Shown: piece after piece, positions 42,534-52,743 of the stretch | Layout: every line of letters begins with the position of its first letter | Position numbering within the stretch: the stretch's first letter is position 1 | Origin: Thainema sp. | GTDB taxonomy: Bacteria; Cyanobacteriota; Cyanobacteriia; Phormidesmidales; Phormidesmidaceae | DNA length: 64,000 bases | Reading direction: 5' to 3' | Assembly: GCA_052168235.1 (NCBI GenBank) | Contig: JBQLZK010000034.1 | Span: 12,128-76,127, forward strand | Translations under genes and position numbers: made by a program | Notes under the pieces: generated by a model | What the model was told of the DNA's origin: nothing | What the model saw: only the letters and a program-made list of their open reading frames with translations | Database searches by the model: none

Positions 42534-45133
42534 GACGCCGCAACACAGGCTCCCTGCTGATCCGGATCGGTGACAGAAATGGGTTCAACGTGGGGCAAAA
42601 GCTCGGTTTCTGCAATCCAGCCCACCGTGCCAGCTTGAAGGATGAGATCGGAATTAACCGTCGGACTGCTAGCAGAATCCGGCGCTGAATCGAGCGGCGT
42701 CACAGAAGGCGCTCCCGTTTCAGAGGGAGTAACGGTGTTGGGATTAGGCACTGGAATTGAGCAAACCTGAACTTGAATCCAGCGGGGCTGATCGAGTTGA
42801 GTTTGCTGTGTGCTTTCGACCTTGAGAATGCTGCCGACGGGTAGAATGCCCTGCTCCTGGCTGATTGAGCCAGTACTGCCCGGACTAGGAGATGGAGACG
42901 CCGCCGAGCCGGGAGCGGCTGAGCCGGAATCCGGCTCGGCTTCATCGTCAACTGGCAAACTGGGCAAGGCCGGTCGATCGCGCAGGCGCAACTGGCTCAC
43001 TTCACCATCAGCCGTGAGCTGACGGACGCGCAAAAAGTCCTGGGCTGCCAGAGAATCGATAGTTGCAACGGCTGAGTCGTCTATACCAGGCGGATCTAAA
43101 TCTGGGGTACTGGTCACAGGTATCTCGGATGGAGCAGATCCGGCAAAGATCTGATTAACGCGACGATTAACCGTCGGCACCAGCAAATAGAGCAGTAATC
43201 CGCCACAGGCAAGCACGGCAGCCACACTCAGCAGCAGCACCAATGGCGATCGGCGGGATGACCGGGCTGGTGGCTTCAGCGTCGGGGAATCAGCGGCGGT
43301 TGGTGTGGAGCGCGCGCCAGCGGGCTGAACCAGTTGAGTGGAATCTACTAAGTCTGTGTCTTCTATATTTGTATCATCGGCTGTTACGGCTTCCGCTGGA
43401 GCTGTCGTTGGCTGGGTGGATTGCGATCGCGCATTGCCATCGGCACCACCATACAGTGCCGCCACCACACTGGCCGCATCATCAGGTGCGGGCTCCGCAT
43501 TAAGCGCCGTTTTGATGGTAGCCCAAGCCGGATCGTGAACTTGAACGTGCATCAGCCCGACGGTGACATTGTCATAGCCGTTGCACTGATTCGCCACGTT
43601 GATCAACTGCTGGGCAGCAGCGCGCAGTTCCCGCCGCCCGTCCAAAATCGGCAGCAGTTCTGTCTGCCAAAAATACTCCACTAAATCGTTGTCGCTCAGG
43701 CCATCGGAACAGAGCAGAAACACCCCGTCTTCGTCCAGCGTGAGCTGCAGCACCGACGGATGTAAGTAATTCGAGTTGGCCATACCGAGAGCCTGCACCA
43801 GGGCACCACTACCGGGCTGCTGGACGGCTTCTTGGTGCAGTAAATAGCCCAGTCGCACATCGCGAGTGGCCACGTCATCATCCACCGTAATCTGGCGGCA
43901 GCCCTGGCGGGTAATCCAGTAGGCCCGGCTGTCACCAATGTTGGCAACATAGAGTTCGTGGTGCTGGGCAAAGGCCATCACCAGCGTGGTGCCCATGCGC
44001 TGTCGCTCTTGCCGCTGCTCCTGATCGTTGCGGTTGGCAATCTGGTCGTTGGCCGCACAAATGGCCACCTCTAGTTCTGTAGAGACGGTTGCTGGCTCCG
44101 GTAAACGGTTTGCATCGGCGGCAGGCCGTAGTAAATCCTGCAGATGATCATGAATTGTTGCGATCGCTAAATTGGATGCAACGTTACCGCCCTCATGCCC
44201 ACCAATGCCATCACAGACAATCAGCAGCGGCTGAGCCTGATTCGCTGCCGCAGGCGTTGGCGTAAGCTGCCAGGTCTGCACGCCGCCGTTGCTGTCGGGG
44301 AAGCAAGCATCTTCATTCCGTTGCCGAGTGGGGCCTTGATCCGTTTGTGTCGCAATGTAGATACGGCGGGTTTGGCTTTCTCCCTGCTGGCGAAGCTGCT
44401 GATCGATCACTTGCGTAATGGCTTCGCTATTTGTCAACTCTCCCTGAATGATTCGCTGGCTCAGGGTTTGACAGAAATCTCGAATTTCCGGCTGGGCGGC
44501 AGCACTCCACGTCTGCCACTGACGACCCAAGCGGGATAGGGTAATCGGCAACTTGGACTGCTCTGAAGAGGGCAAATGCAGCTGCAGCAGCCGCACCGTC
44601 GAACCATCCACGCGCAGCAGCACCGGATCGAGTAGAGTCGCGGCAACGCTTTCTTGCTGACAGGGTAGCCAGAGCTCTGCAATCTGGCGCAGCCAACTGA
44701 GCTGGCGCAGGGCGGGCACCGTGGGCCACAGTCGCTCTAGGGCAGGCAAAATATGGGGAATTTGCGCGGTTTGACTGGCCAGCGGACGTGCGATCGCAGC
44801 TTTCTCCAGCAGCAACAGACGATCGTTGAGTCCAGTCTCTTGAGCAGAGAGAATCGCATAGAGCTGGGGCACATGCAGCTGATAGGGAGACAGCCGCATA
44901 TAGGGCAGATAAAGAGACGGAATATCGGTGGGAATCTTAGCCTTCAACCCCGGCTTGATGTCCAAAACCGTCTGTTCACTGACCACCTGATAGCGATCAG
45001 CCAGGAGAGAACCCACGGTACTTGGCAAACGCCCAACGACCCAAAGGTAGCGTTTGGGAATGGGGGTACGACAGTTCTGACAGAACTGATTCGCAATCGA
45101 ATTCAGCGTTTGACAATTTGGACAGTGAATCAC
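42530..45133 (-). CDS. PP2C Ser/Thr phosphatase with N-terminal zinc ribbon and a TM segment
   Basis: CPNC/CQNC; RQRNED, VCDGIGGH, MGTT, IGDSRAY, LLCSDGL, DNVT; TM near residues 630-650. Confidence 0.9.
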   Translation of the reverse strand: MIHCPNCQTLNSIANQFCQNCRTPIPKRYLWVVGRLPSTVGSLLADRYQVVSEQTVLDIKPGLKAKIPTDIPSLYLPYMRLSPYQLHVPQLYAILSAQETGLNDRLLLLEKAAIARPLASQTAQIPHILPALERLWPTVPALRQLSWLRQIAELWLPCQQESVAATLLDPVLLRVDGSTVRLLQLHLPSSEQSKLPITLSRLGRQWQTWSAAAQPEIRDFCQTLSQRIIQGELTNSEAITQVIDQQLRQQGESQTRRIYIATQTDQGPTRQRNEDACFPDSNGGVQTWQLTPTPAAANQAQPLLIVCDGIGGHEGGNVASNLAIATIHDHLQDLLRPAADANRLPEPATVSTELEVAICAANDQIANRNDQEQRQERQRMGTTLVMAFAQHHELYVANIGDSRAYWITRQGCRQITVDDDVATRDVRLGYLLHQEAVQQPGSGALVQALGMANSNYLHPSVLQLTLDEDGVFLLCSDGLSDNDLVEYFWQTELLPILDGRRELRAAAQQLINVANQCNGYDNVTVGLMHVQVHDPAWATIKTALNAEPAPDDAASVVAALYGGADGNARSQSTQPTTAPAEAVTADDTNIEDTDLVDSTQLVQPAGARSTPTAADSPTLKPPARSSRRSPLVLLLSVAAVLACGGLLLYLLVPTVNRRVNQIFAGSAPSEIPVTSTPDLDPPGIDDSAVATIDSLAAQDFLRVRQLTADGEVSQLRLRDRPALPSLPVDDEAEPDSGSAAPGSAASPSPSPGSTGSISQEQGILPVGSILKVESTQQTQLDQPRWIQVQVCSIPVPNPNTVTPSETGAPSVTPLDSAPDSASSPTVNSDLILQAGTVGWIAETELLPHVEPISVTDPDQQGACVAAS

Positions 45134-45182
45134 GGGATCTACTCAGCCTGGAACAGTCTGCACTACGTTAAGCACCCGCTGA

Positions 45183-45272
45183 TATCAAGTTGATCTCTCA
45201 AAACCCGATTATTTTCTGTGAAAAGCCTGGGGACAGACCTTTCACAGAAACGGGATGTTAACCAGACTTGAT
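45183..45272. mobile_element. MITE-like element with TATCAAGT/ACTTGATA ends
   Basis: Terminal inverted 8-mers plus inner TTTCTGTGAAA/TTTCACAGAAA stem; similar architecture at 54752-54854. Confidence 0.5.
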
Positions 45273-45273
45273 A

Positions 45274-45636
45274 CTAGGCTTTCTTTTCGTCACTGACGAC
45301 TTGAGGTAAGCCCATACTGTAGTTCAGTACGCGGCTCTTGATGTTATAGCTAATTTCGCCATTTTGAAGTAGCGATCGCACAAAATGCTCCAAGTCTGAT
45401 CCAATGCGCCGCAGATTATAGTCGGTTAAATCTTCGCCGCTGTAGGCTTCTACGAGTTCATCAAACTTGCGATACACCTTCTGGAGGGCATCTTCATTCC
45501 AGTTCAGCTCATTATCTGGATCAATATCCAGCGTTAGAACGCTGTCGCTGGGTACAAATTCATCATCCTGAACTTCAGCAGCAAAAATTCGGATATGACG
45601 AGTTGTAGACTTGGTTAACGTAGACTGGGTTGACAT
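45274..45636 (-). CDS. ndhM: NAD(P)H-quinone oxidoreductase subunit M
   Basis: KSTTRHIRIFAA, LTLDIDPDNE, YNLRRIGSDLEHF, RVLNYSMGLP. Confidence 0.95.
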   Translation of the reverse strand: MSTQSTLTKSTTRHIRIFAAEVQDDEFVPSDSVLTLDIDPDNELNWNEDALQKVYRKFDELVEAYSGEDLTDYNLRRIGSDLEHFVRSLLQNGEISYNIKSRVLNYSMGLPQVVSDEKKA

Positions 45637-45861
45637 AGGGCTGTCGCTGAACGTTTAACAGTAAGCTTTAACAGTAAGTCATGAACTAACCGCCATTGTA
45701 AACGGTGAAGCAGCATTACAGGCGTCAAAGCCAAATTCATACCGACTATGAAAACTCAAAAGTCAGGATATTACCACCGCAGCGCAGCGGCAATATCCTG
45801 ACTCTGCGTTTAGAGTCGTAATCAGCACAGTAACTCAATAAAAATGCTGAAATTACTGCAA

Positions 45862-46971
45862 TTAATGAAGCTGGTGAATCTGCTCCTGTACCTCTAGCTG
45901 CCGTGGCTGGAGCGTTGCTTGAAACAAATCCGTCGGTAGCACCTGCTCCACGGGATAGACTCCCGGCTGATTAATTTTGCCAGCCAGCATCAGTTCAGCA
46001 ATGCTGCCCGTACCTAAACCCGTGGCTACGGCAGCGCTTTCATGGGCAAAGGTGCTGACATAGTGAGTGGGTTGGCTATCCTTCTGACCCTTGATATCGC
46101 AGCGCATTGCAACTCCTGTCCCGCTGATGCGATCGCTAATGCTGGTCATTGAGTGGCTGACGTGAGCCAAAAACTCTACGGTTTTGGGACTGCGCAACAC
46201 CGCACCCGGTAGCCAGTGCGCCATCATCCAGGTCGCGTGGTTGTAGAAATCGGGCACGACGCCGAACTTGGTAATCACGCTTTTGACGGGAAAAGTCTCC
46301 TGCAGCGTGATCGCTTCCGGCATGTCATACCAGTACACATGGGCGCGACCGTAGGGCTTAGGAAATTCCAGCGTTTCTCGTTCTGTATAAGGCTTAATCG
46401 ACTGCCAGGAACCGTCTACCCAAGCTTCAAAGGGGCGCTGTAGACCAATAAAGGTGGTTCGCATCACCGTCACTCCGGCTCCACCGGAGCTGGCCACGAT
46501 GTAGCTGAGCTGAATCGAATCAGCTTCGTCGAGGGCTTCCACGCCCTGCCGCACCATGCTGTTTGACATGCCGGGAAAGACACCCGTGTTAATCACCGCC
46601 GTCACGCCTGCTGCCTTGGCTGCGTCACTTTGGGCTAGTGCCCGTCGAGTAAAGCTACGCTCGTCGCTGACATCGGTGTAGTCCACGCCTTGCTCGATAC
46701 AAATGCGTAAAACCTCGGCATCGCGATAGTGAAACGGCCCAGCCGAATGCACAACTAGATCAGCTTTCTCAACGGCAGTCCGGATCTGCTGCGGCTGGCT
46801 GAGGTCTAAAACCTGAAACTGCACTCTAGACCCCAATCGTTCTAGAGCGGCCATGCCTAACTGTGGATTGCGCCCGGTGATGGTCACCTCGGCATCGGTA
46901 TGAGTCAAAATGTCTCTGGCAATGTTGCTGCCAATCCGTCCGCAACCGCCAATGATAAGGACTCGTTTCAT
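45862..46971 (-). CDS. Saccharopine dehydrogenase-like oxidoreductase
   Basis: IIGGCGRIG Rossmann motif, HSAGPF, GVFPGMSN, PGVYPVEQ. Confidence 0.85.
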   Translation of the reverse strand: MKRVLIIGGCGRIGSNIARDILTHTDAEVTITGRNPQLGMAALERLGSRVQFQVLDLSQPQQIRTAVEKADLVVHSAGPFHYRDAEVLRICIEQGVDYTDVSDERSFTRRALAQSDAAKAAGVTAVINTGVFPGMSNSMVRQGVEALDEADSIQLSYIVASSGGAGVTVMRTTFIGLQRPFEAWVDGSWQSIKPYTERETLEFPKPYGRAHVYWYDMPEAITLQETFPVKSVITKFGVVPDFYNHATWMMAHWLPGAVLRSPKTVEFLAHVSHSMTSISDRISGTGVAMRCDIKGQKDSQPTHYVSTFAHESAAVATGLGTGSIAELMLAGKINQPGVYPVEQVLPTDLFQATLQPRQLEVQEQIHQLH

Positions 46972-47119
46972 AAACTATCTGACTATTTGGTTTTCACCCA
47001 GATTTCTACATCAACGTCACGTTGATTCTGCTTGCAGGTTATCGGGGTGCTAGCCGCGCCACATCGGTCATCCGGCAGGATTCGCAGGTTGAGTGATGTG
47101 TCAAAAGGGCGACGGGTGC

Positions 47120-47818
47120 TTATGACCAAAAGTGGGTGGTTATGCGATCGCAATATGCACCTAAATTCTCAAACTGCTGAGCATAGTCTGTCAGCGGTAG
47201 GGGCAACGTTGAGCGCATCAAGTTCGCCAGCAAACCATAGCCCGAAGCATCGACGCTGGTGGGCTGTTCGCCCATCAAGAATGGCTTATCGGCTAAAAAA
47301 TCACTGATCGCGCGCAGATCGCGTTTACCAATTTCATAAATCTCCTCCCGCGTGTGTCGCCCAATGCCGTGCCCATAGAGATTGCGCTGAGCGTCTTTTC
47401 GCACCTGATTGGGCACAATGGAGCGCAAAATTGGCGGCAAATCGCCAAAAAAGGTTTCGCGAATTGCTTGCCAGTTTTCATCCTCAAACCAGCGACCATA
47501 AAAGGCCACCCAGTAGAGGTTTTCTTCCATCAGTCGCTGAAAGGCAAGTGCGATCGCATGTTCGGCTGGTGTGAGATGCTGATCCAGCGGATCGCCGTAG
47601 GTTTGCTTCAGGTAGTCAATGATGAAGTTGGAATCGGCAATGGTGCGATCGCCATCTTGGATGTAGGGCAGCTTGCCTTTGGGGGCTTTGCGAATATCGG
47701 CATCAGAGGCAATTTGGTAAGGCAAACCCGTCATTTTCAGGTAGGTTTCCACCTTGAGGCAAAACGAGCTGGGATTGGGCAAGCCAAAGGCGGGCTGGAA
47801 CTGGTACAGCGTAATCAT
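47120..47818 (-). CDS. Glutathione S-transferase family (metaxin/FAX-like)
   Basis: SSFCLKVETYL, PKGKLPYI, IADSNFII, GIGRH. Confidence 0.85.
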   Translation of the reverse strand: MITLYQFQPAFGLPNPSSFCLKVETYLKMTGLPYQIASDADIRKAPKGKLPYIQDGDRTIADSNFIIDYLKQTYGDPLDQHLTPAEHAIALAFQRLMEENLYWVAFYGRWFEDENWQAIRETFFGDLPPILRSIVPNQVRKDAQRNLYGHGIGRHTREEIYEIGKRDLRAISDFLADKPFLMGEQPTSVDASGYGLLANLMRSTLPLPLTDYAQQFENLGAYCDRITTHFWS

Positions 47819-48018
47819 GGGGACACGTCTGAGAGGCACGCAATCATTGTAGGTTGAGCAGAATAAAACTCAATTAAGAAACCGGGTTCTGCTGAGAATC
47901 ACTCGTTTTGCCCGAAATTCATCCCAGAACCCAATTTCTAGCGCTTTTAACCTGTGGCTAGCTAGCTGAGATAGCTACTGTTTATACATATCTGAATGGT
48001 TATTCTAAATCCCGGACT

Positions 48019-48271
48019 GATCCCCCTAAATCCCCCTTGAAAAGGTATTCATATACTTGGCGCATCATAGTAAGTCATCTCGCTGCCCTCACCCTAAATC
48101 CCTCTCCCACGGGGCGAGGGACTTCCGATCCGGCTCCCCTTCTCCTTACGGGCTACTGTGTACACACATCTTGATTACTGCCTCTCAACCCCGAATGATC
48201 CCCCCTTGCCCCCCTTAAAAAGGGGGAATTGACTCAAAGTTCCCCCTTTTTAAGGGGGATTTAGGGGGATC
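48019..48271. repeat. Cluster of C/G-run palindromic MITE fragments
   Basis: GATCCCCCTAAATCCCCCTT (48019), CCCTCACCCTAAATCCCTCTCCC (~48086), full unit 48197-48271. Confidence 0.7.
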
Positions 48272-48289
48272 TCAATGTCGAAGCGGAGT

Positions 48290-48598
48290 CTAGAGGACTT
48301 GTCTATAAGCAGTAGAGCTGAGATAGCGGGTGAGAATGCTGATTTGGTCGTCGGGCTGGCGCTGGGCGAGAATTCGCGCCACGTCGCTAGCGCTGGGGCA
48401 GGGGATGGGTTGGCTCCACTCGTCAGCGGGGGCAAAGCCGCGCCGATGCAGATTTTTGATCGTAACGATGATGTCGGGACGGGTGCCGAGCAGAATGATG
48501 CGCAGCGGATGGCGACCGTCGCGTTGAGTTGGGCTGGGATTGGTCGCACCAGGCTGTGGCGCTGCGTTGGACGCAGCACCGAGGATGAGATATGACAT
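48290..48598 (-). CDS. Small hypothetical protein (cyanobacterial accessory family)
   Basis: RIILLG...TIKNLHRRGFA...EWSQPIP pattern; AGGAG RBS upstream; own promoter at 48837-48865. Confidence 0.65.
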   Translation of the reverse strand: MSYLILGAASNAAPQPGATNPSPTQRDGRHPLRIILLGTRPDIIVTIKNLHRRGFAPADEWSQPIPCPSASDVARILAQRQPDDQISILTRYLSSTAYRQVL

Positions 48599-48836
48599 TG
48601 GTTTCTCCTGTGTTTTTGACTTTCAGAGGAAAGCCAAAAATCTAGCCCTCCTGCTTTGAAGTGCAATGCAGAAGGGCTAAGGAGCTATAATCTCCCAAGC
48701 CTGTTGCGTTGCTCGCTCAACGTGGCAGGTCAGCGACTCAGGATTGTTCGCAGCAATGCTGGGTCGCGCCGACTAGATTCTTGGTATCCAGTTGCCGACA
48801 GCGGTTAGACAGTTCGCTTCAACAACTTAACGTTTC

Positions 48837-48865
48837 ACAGTACGGGATCTGACCTGTGGAGTCAA
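48837..48865 (-). promoter_or_regulatory. Sigma70-type promoter
   Basis: Minus strand TTGACT-N17-TACTGT. Confidence 0.6.
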
Positions 48866-48949
48866 TACAGGATTATTGACAGAAGTTTTTATGGTGTTGG
48901 GTTTCCTTCGTCAACCCAACCTACAAAATCTATAAAGTCTGCGATCGCG

Positions 48950-51211
48950 CTAATCACGATAAAAAATTTCCAAGGTGCTGTAGGGGTACCAGTTCTGCTC
49001 ATCTATATTAACGCCAATTACTAAACATCTTTCTATGTCAAGATCTATAAATAGTCCACTTGCAAGATTTTGCATAAAGTCATGAGATTGATCTTTTTGA
49101 AGTTCGCGAAATGCTAAAAAACCAGCTGCCTCACGTTTTTGAGGAAGATATGTAATAACAGAATCGGTACGCCCTGGCTTTCGCCATGTTTTTTTTACAC
49201 TTCTCATGATCCTTTTAAGCCCTCTCTCAGCATCACGTTGAGAATCAAGAGAGATGCTGAGTAATATGGCCGACATTTCTAGCCAATTATAAGGGCGTTG
49301 TTCTTCAAGCTTATTCAAAATAGCATGCCACCATTGAACCAACTTCTGACTTGGTTTTTTGCGATGAATATCCTGATCTAAAGCCATGTAGTACTCGTCA
49401 ATCTTTTCTGACATGTCCAAAAGCACTAACTCTCTTTTGCCGTTTATACCAAATTCTTCTTCATTGAGACTGAATCCTGTTTCAAGGTATAAACCCAATA
49501 AATCTAGCTCATTGCCTGCATAGTTTATATGCTGTTCCAGGTAAGTGCGTTGCACTAAATAATGAATCTTTTGAGCTTTATAAGGTAAAATATCAAATAT
49601 GACTTCCAAATCAGCAAATAATATAGTCGGTATAGTAAAAGAAACTTTGTCTATCCAACCTGTATTTTTCAATGATGCTATCCGTGACTGTATAGTGGCA
49701 AAGTCCTCAAGCGTTATTGATAGTCGAACTATCTTGTCAATGCGGTCAATATTAAGTCCTAAAGCTTTAAGCCTTTCTGCAGTGACTTGGTCATACTTGA
49801 GAGTTTTTAATTTGTCTTCAAAGCGCTTTGATTGAATTGCAGGATCCAATAACAGTTCCTGAATATCATCTTTTGCTGAACCTGGTGCTCCACGTAATGC
49901 TGCTCTAGAAACAGAACCAGATTTGGCTTCAACAATCAGAATATAATCATCGATTTGCGCAAGAAGATCCGTTTCATATTCAATATCTGCATCTTTCCAT
50001 TTAAAGTTTTTTACAAATACGCCCTCTGGGAATGCCCACTCAAACAATTTAGCAATCTCATCTTCAAGGAATTTAGATCGATATTTATCCTGAACCTCTT
50101 TGAGCTTCTCTGTAGATAGAAGGCTATCAATCGTCTGAAAAATAAAGCTAAAAAACAACTGTGGCATAGCACAGAAGTAGCTCCCTGATGATAGTTTGAC
50201 TAAAGGCTTGCTCCAAATTGGGTTACTTAGAAAAAAATGTTCTGGATTGCTATCTTTCAAATCACCAAATTGATAGCTTAGCCTAGACAAAGCAAGTTCA
50301 AGTGATTGGGCTGGTATATCAAGAGAGTCTGATAGTTGCTCAAGCGTAAATGAGAAGTAATGGGCAAGAGCTAGATCTGAATGGCTCAAGATTAAAAACT
50401 GAACTTCTCTAATGTCTTTATCTTTTACAAAGTCGACGGCTTCCTCTAATGATCCTGGCAAGTTATAAGTTTGATAATATCTTGTTATTGCCTCTTCTGC
50501 TGTTTTTGATTTGAATATAGTTCGCATCTTCTGCAAACGTTCGCTAACTACTTGTTCAGAGTAGAAAACCAAACAATCGAAAATATCAATTATTGTTGTT
50601 GCTTCTAATCCAATTGACTCTTTGAAAAGAAAATCGGCATCAGCATACAACCTCTTTGAAATTGATATGACGTTCCTGTAATATCCCCAGTTACGAACAC
50701 TACTAGTATGTAGTCGAAGCCATTCCTGTATTTCCAAAATTGCCCTCTTCTCTTTCGACTTAACATCTTTAATTTGTGCAAGTCGTTTAGAGTTAAAAGC
50801 TCTGTTAAGAGTAGGTAATAGGTTCCAGATTTCTTGAACTTGATCGGGAGGCATAGGCTCACAATGTCTTTCTAATACAACATATAATGCAAATGCCTGA
50901 ATGAGTTCTATATGGTTTTGGCGAATCATGGAATCTTTTTCAAAGATTTTTCCTGATTTATTTGTTCCTACATAAAGGCCGTAAACTGCAAGGACTGAAA
51001 TTAGATGTAAAGGATCTACAGAAGCGACAATTTCTAAGGCTCTGTTCAAGCAGCTATCGAATTTCGTGTCATTGGATTTCCCAATTTTCTCTAATAGCTC
51101 ATCAATTTCCTTCTGAGAACGGCTGCCAAAATTGAATCCAAATTCTACGAGTTCCAATTTATCCGAACTCTTATGAAAATACTTTTTATTATTTCTTTTA
51201 CTCTTTGACAT
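48950..51211 (-). CDS. Large AT-rich hypothetical protein with NERD/PD-(D/E)xK-like nuclease motif
   Basis: FLED...ETDLLAQIDDYILIVEAKS; start probably ATG 51211 (MSKSKRNN). Confidence 0.7.
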   Translation of the reverse strand: MSKSKRNNKKYFHKSSDKLELVEFGFNFGSRSQKEIDELLEKIGKSNDTKFDSCLNRALEIVASVDPLHLISVLAVYGLYVGTNKSGKIFEKDSMIRQNHIELIQAFALYVVLERHCEPMPPDQVQEIWNLLPTLNRAFNSKRLAQIKDVKSKEKRAILEIQEWLRLHTSSVRNWGYYRNVISISKRLYADADFLFKESIGLEATTIIDIFDCLVFYSEQVVSERLQKMRTIFKSKTAEEAITRYYQTYNLPGSLEEAVDFVKDKDIREVQFLILSHSDLALAHYFSFTLEQLSDSLDIPAQSLELALSRLSYQFGDLKDSNPEHFFLSNPIWSKPLVKLSSGSYFCAMPQLFFSFIFQTIDSLLSTEKLKEVQDKYRSKFLEDEIAKLFEWAFPEGVFVKNFKWKDADIEYETDLLAQIDDYILIVEAKSGSVSRAALRGAPGSAKDDIQELLLDPAIQSKRFEDKLKTLKYDQVTAERLKALGLNIDRIDKIVRLSITLEDFATIQSRIASLKNTGWIDKVSFTIPTILFADLEVIFDILPYKAQKIHYLVQRTYLEQHINYAGNELDLLGLYLETGFSLNEEEFGINGKRELVLLDMSEKIDEYYMALDQDIHRKKPSQKLVQWWHAILNKLEEQRPYNWLEMSAILLSISLDSQRDAERGLKRIMRSVKKTWRKPGRTDSVITYLPQKREAAGFLAFRELQKDQSHDFMQNLASGLFIDLDIERCLVIGVNIDEQNWYPYSTLEIFYRD

Positions 51212-51889
51212 TTCGCAGGGTGTATTTCTGTTCAATCTTCGTTGGTTATAGCATTTAGGCTCATGTTCAGTGCGATCACAGATTTTGTAGAGATCGCAGT
51301 TCTGACAGATTGCGTTCCAAAACACAACCTTTGTTAGTCATAACATCTACGTTCTTGAAACACACCATCTTATCTCTTCATTGTTTCGGTGTGTTTCGCT
51401 TCGCTCTACACACCCTACGCGAGAAGTGCGATCGCAGGTTTAGAGGAATGAGAGGTGCGATCGCGCTCCTGCAACAACGACTAACCTCATGCCATCATCG
51501 AAGTCACATCCCAATTTTTTAATTCACTCCGCGCCAACAACACCCACACTTTTGCATTCTTGAGTGACGCTCGTGACTACGTTGATTGCACCCGTGCCGA
51601 TAACGTAGTCACTGCCCAACTCTTTCACTGCGTTGATTACAGCGTTAACTGCATTGATTACAACAATAGTTGCACCCGCATAAATAAGATAGTTATCAAT
51701 ACCATCAACGATCACAGCGCTCAACTCGTTGATGGCATCGTCACACTAACGATTACACAGCTCAATCTTGCGATCGCTCGACCTTAACCAACGATCACCG
51801 CGTCGAACTCGTCGATGCACGCCGACGATATGCGATCGCACTCTGCAAATTTGATGTATCGGAGGTACGATTCTTTTCGCTTGTAGAAA

Positions 51890-52448
<559 letters not shown>

Positions 52449-52572
52449 TTAAATTCCCAAGTGGATAGAAAGCTGGCTCAACTCCATGATGACCTATGAA
52501 ACCGTATTTTCAGAAATCAAGCGCGATCGCAATTTGTCTCATGAATAAATTCAATTCATAATAGACATTTTC

Positions 52573-52600
52573 GTAGGGGCGAATGGCTATTCGCCCCTAC
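52573..52600. repeat. GTAG-type REP palindrome
   Basis: GTAGGGGCGAATGGCTATTCGCCCCTAC; one base different from 59039-59066. Confidence 0.85.
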
Positions 52601-52654
52601 AATTCAGGGTTATGTAAACAGGAATTTGTATTCCTCACAACGGGATTAATCCAT

Positions 52655-52743
52655 TAGACTTTATCGGAAATTGTTTTGTAGTGCGGCTCAGCCGCGCTAC
52701 AAAACAGTTTCCAACCCCAAAACTTTATTTCCAATAAAGTCTA
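52655..52743. mobile_element. ~90-bp MITE (copy 2)
   Basis: Near-identical to 28383-28472. Confidence 0.8.

Noticed and set aside
51520..51845. CRISPR array
   Set aside because: Repeats are too degenerate and irregularly spaced
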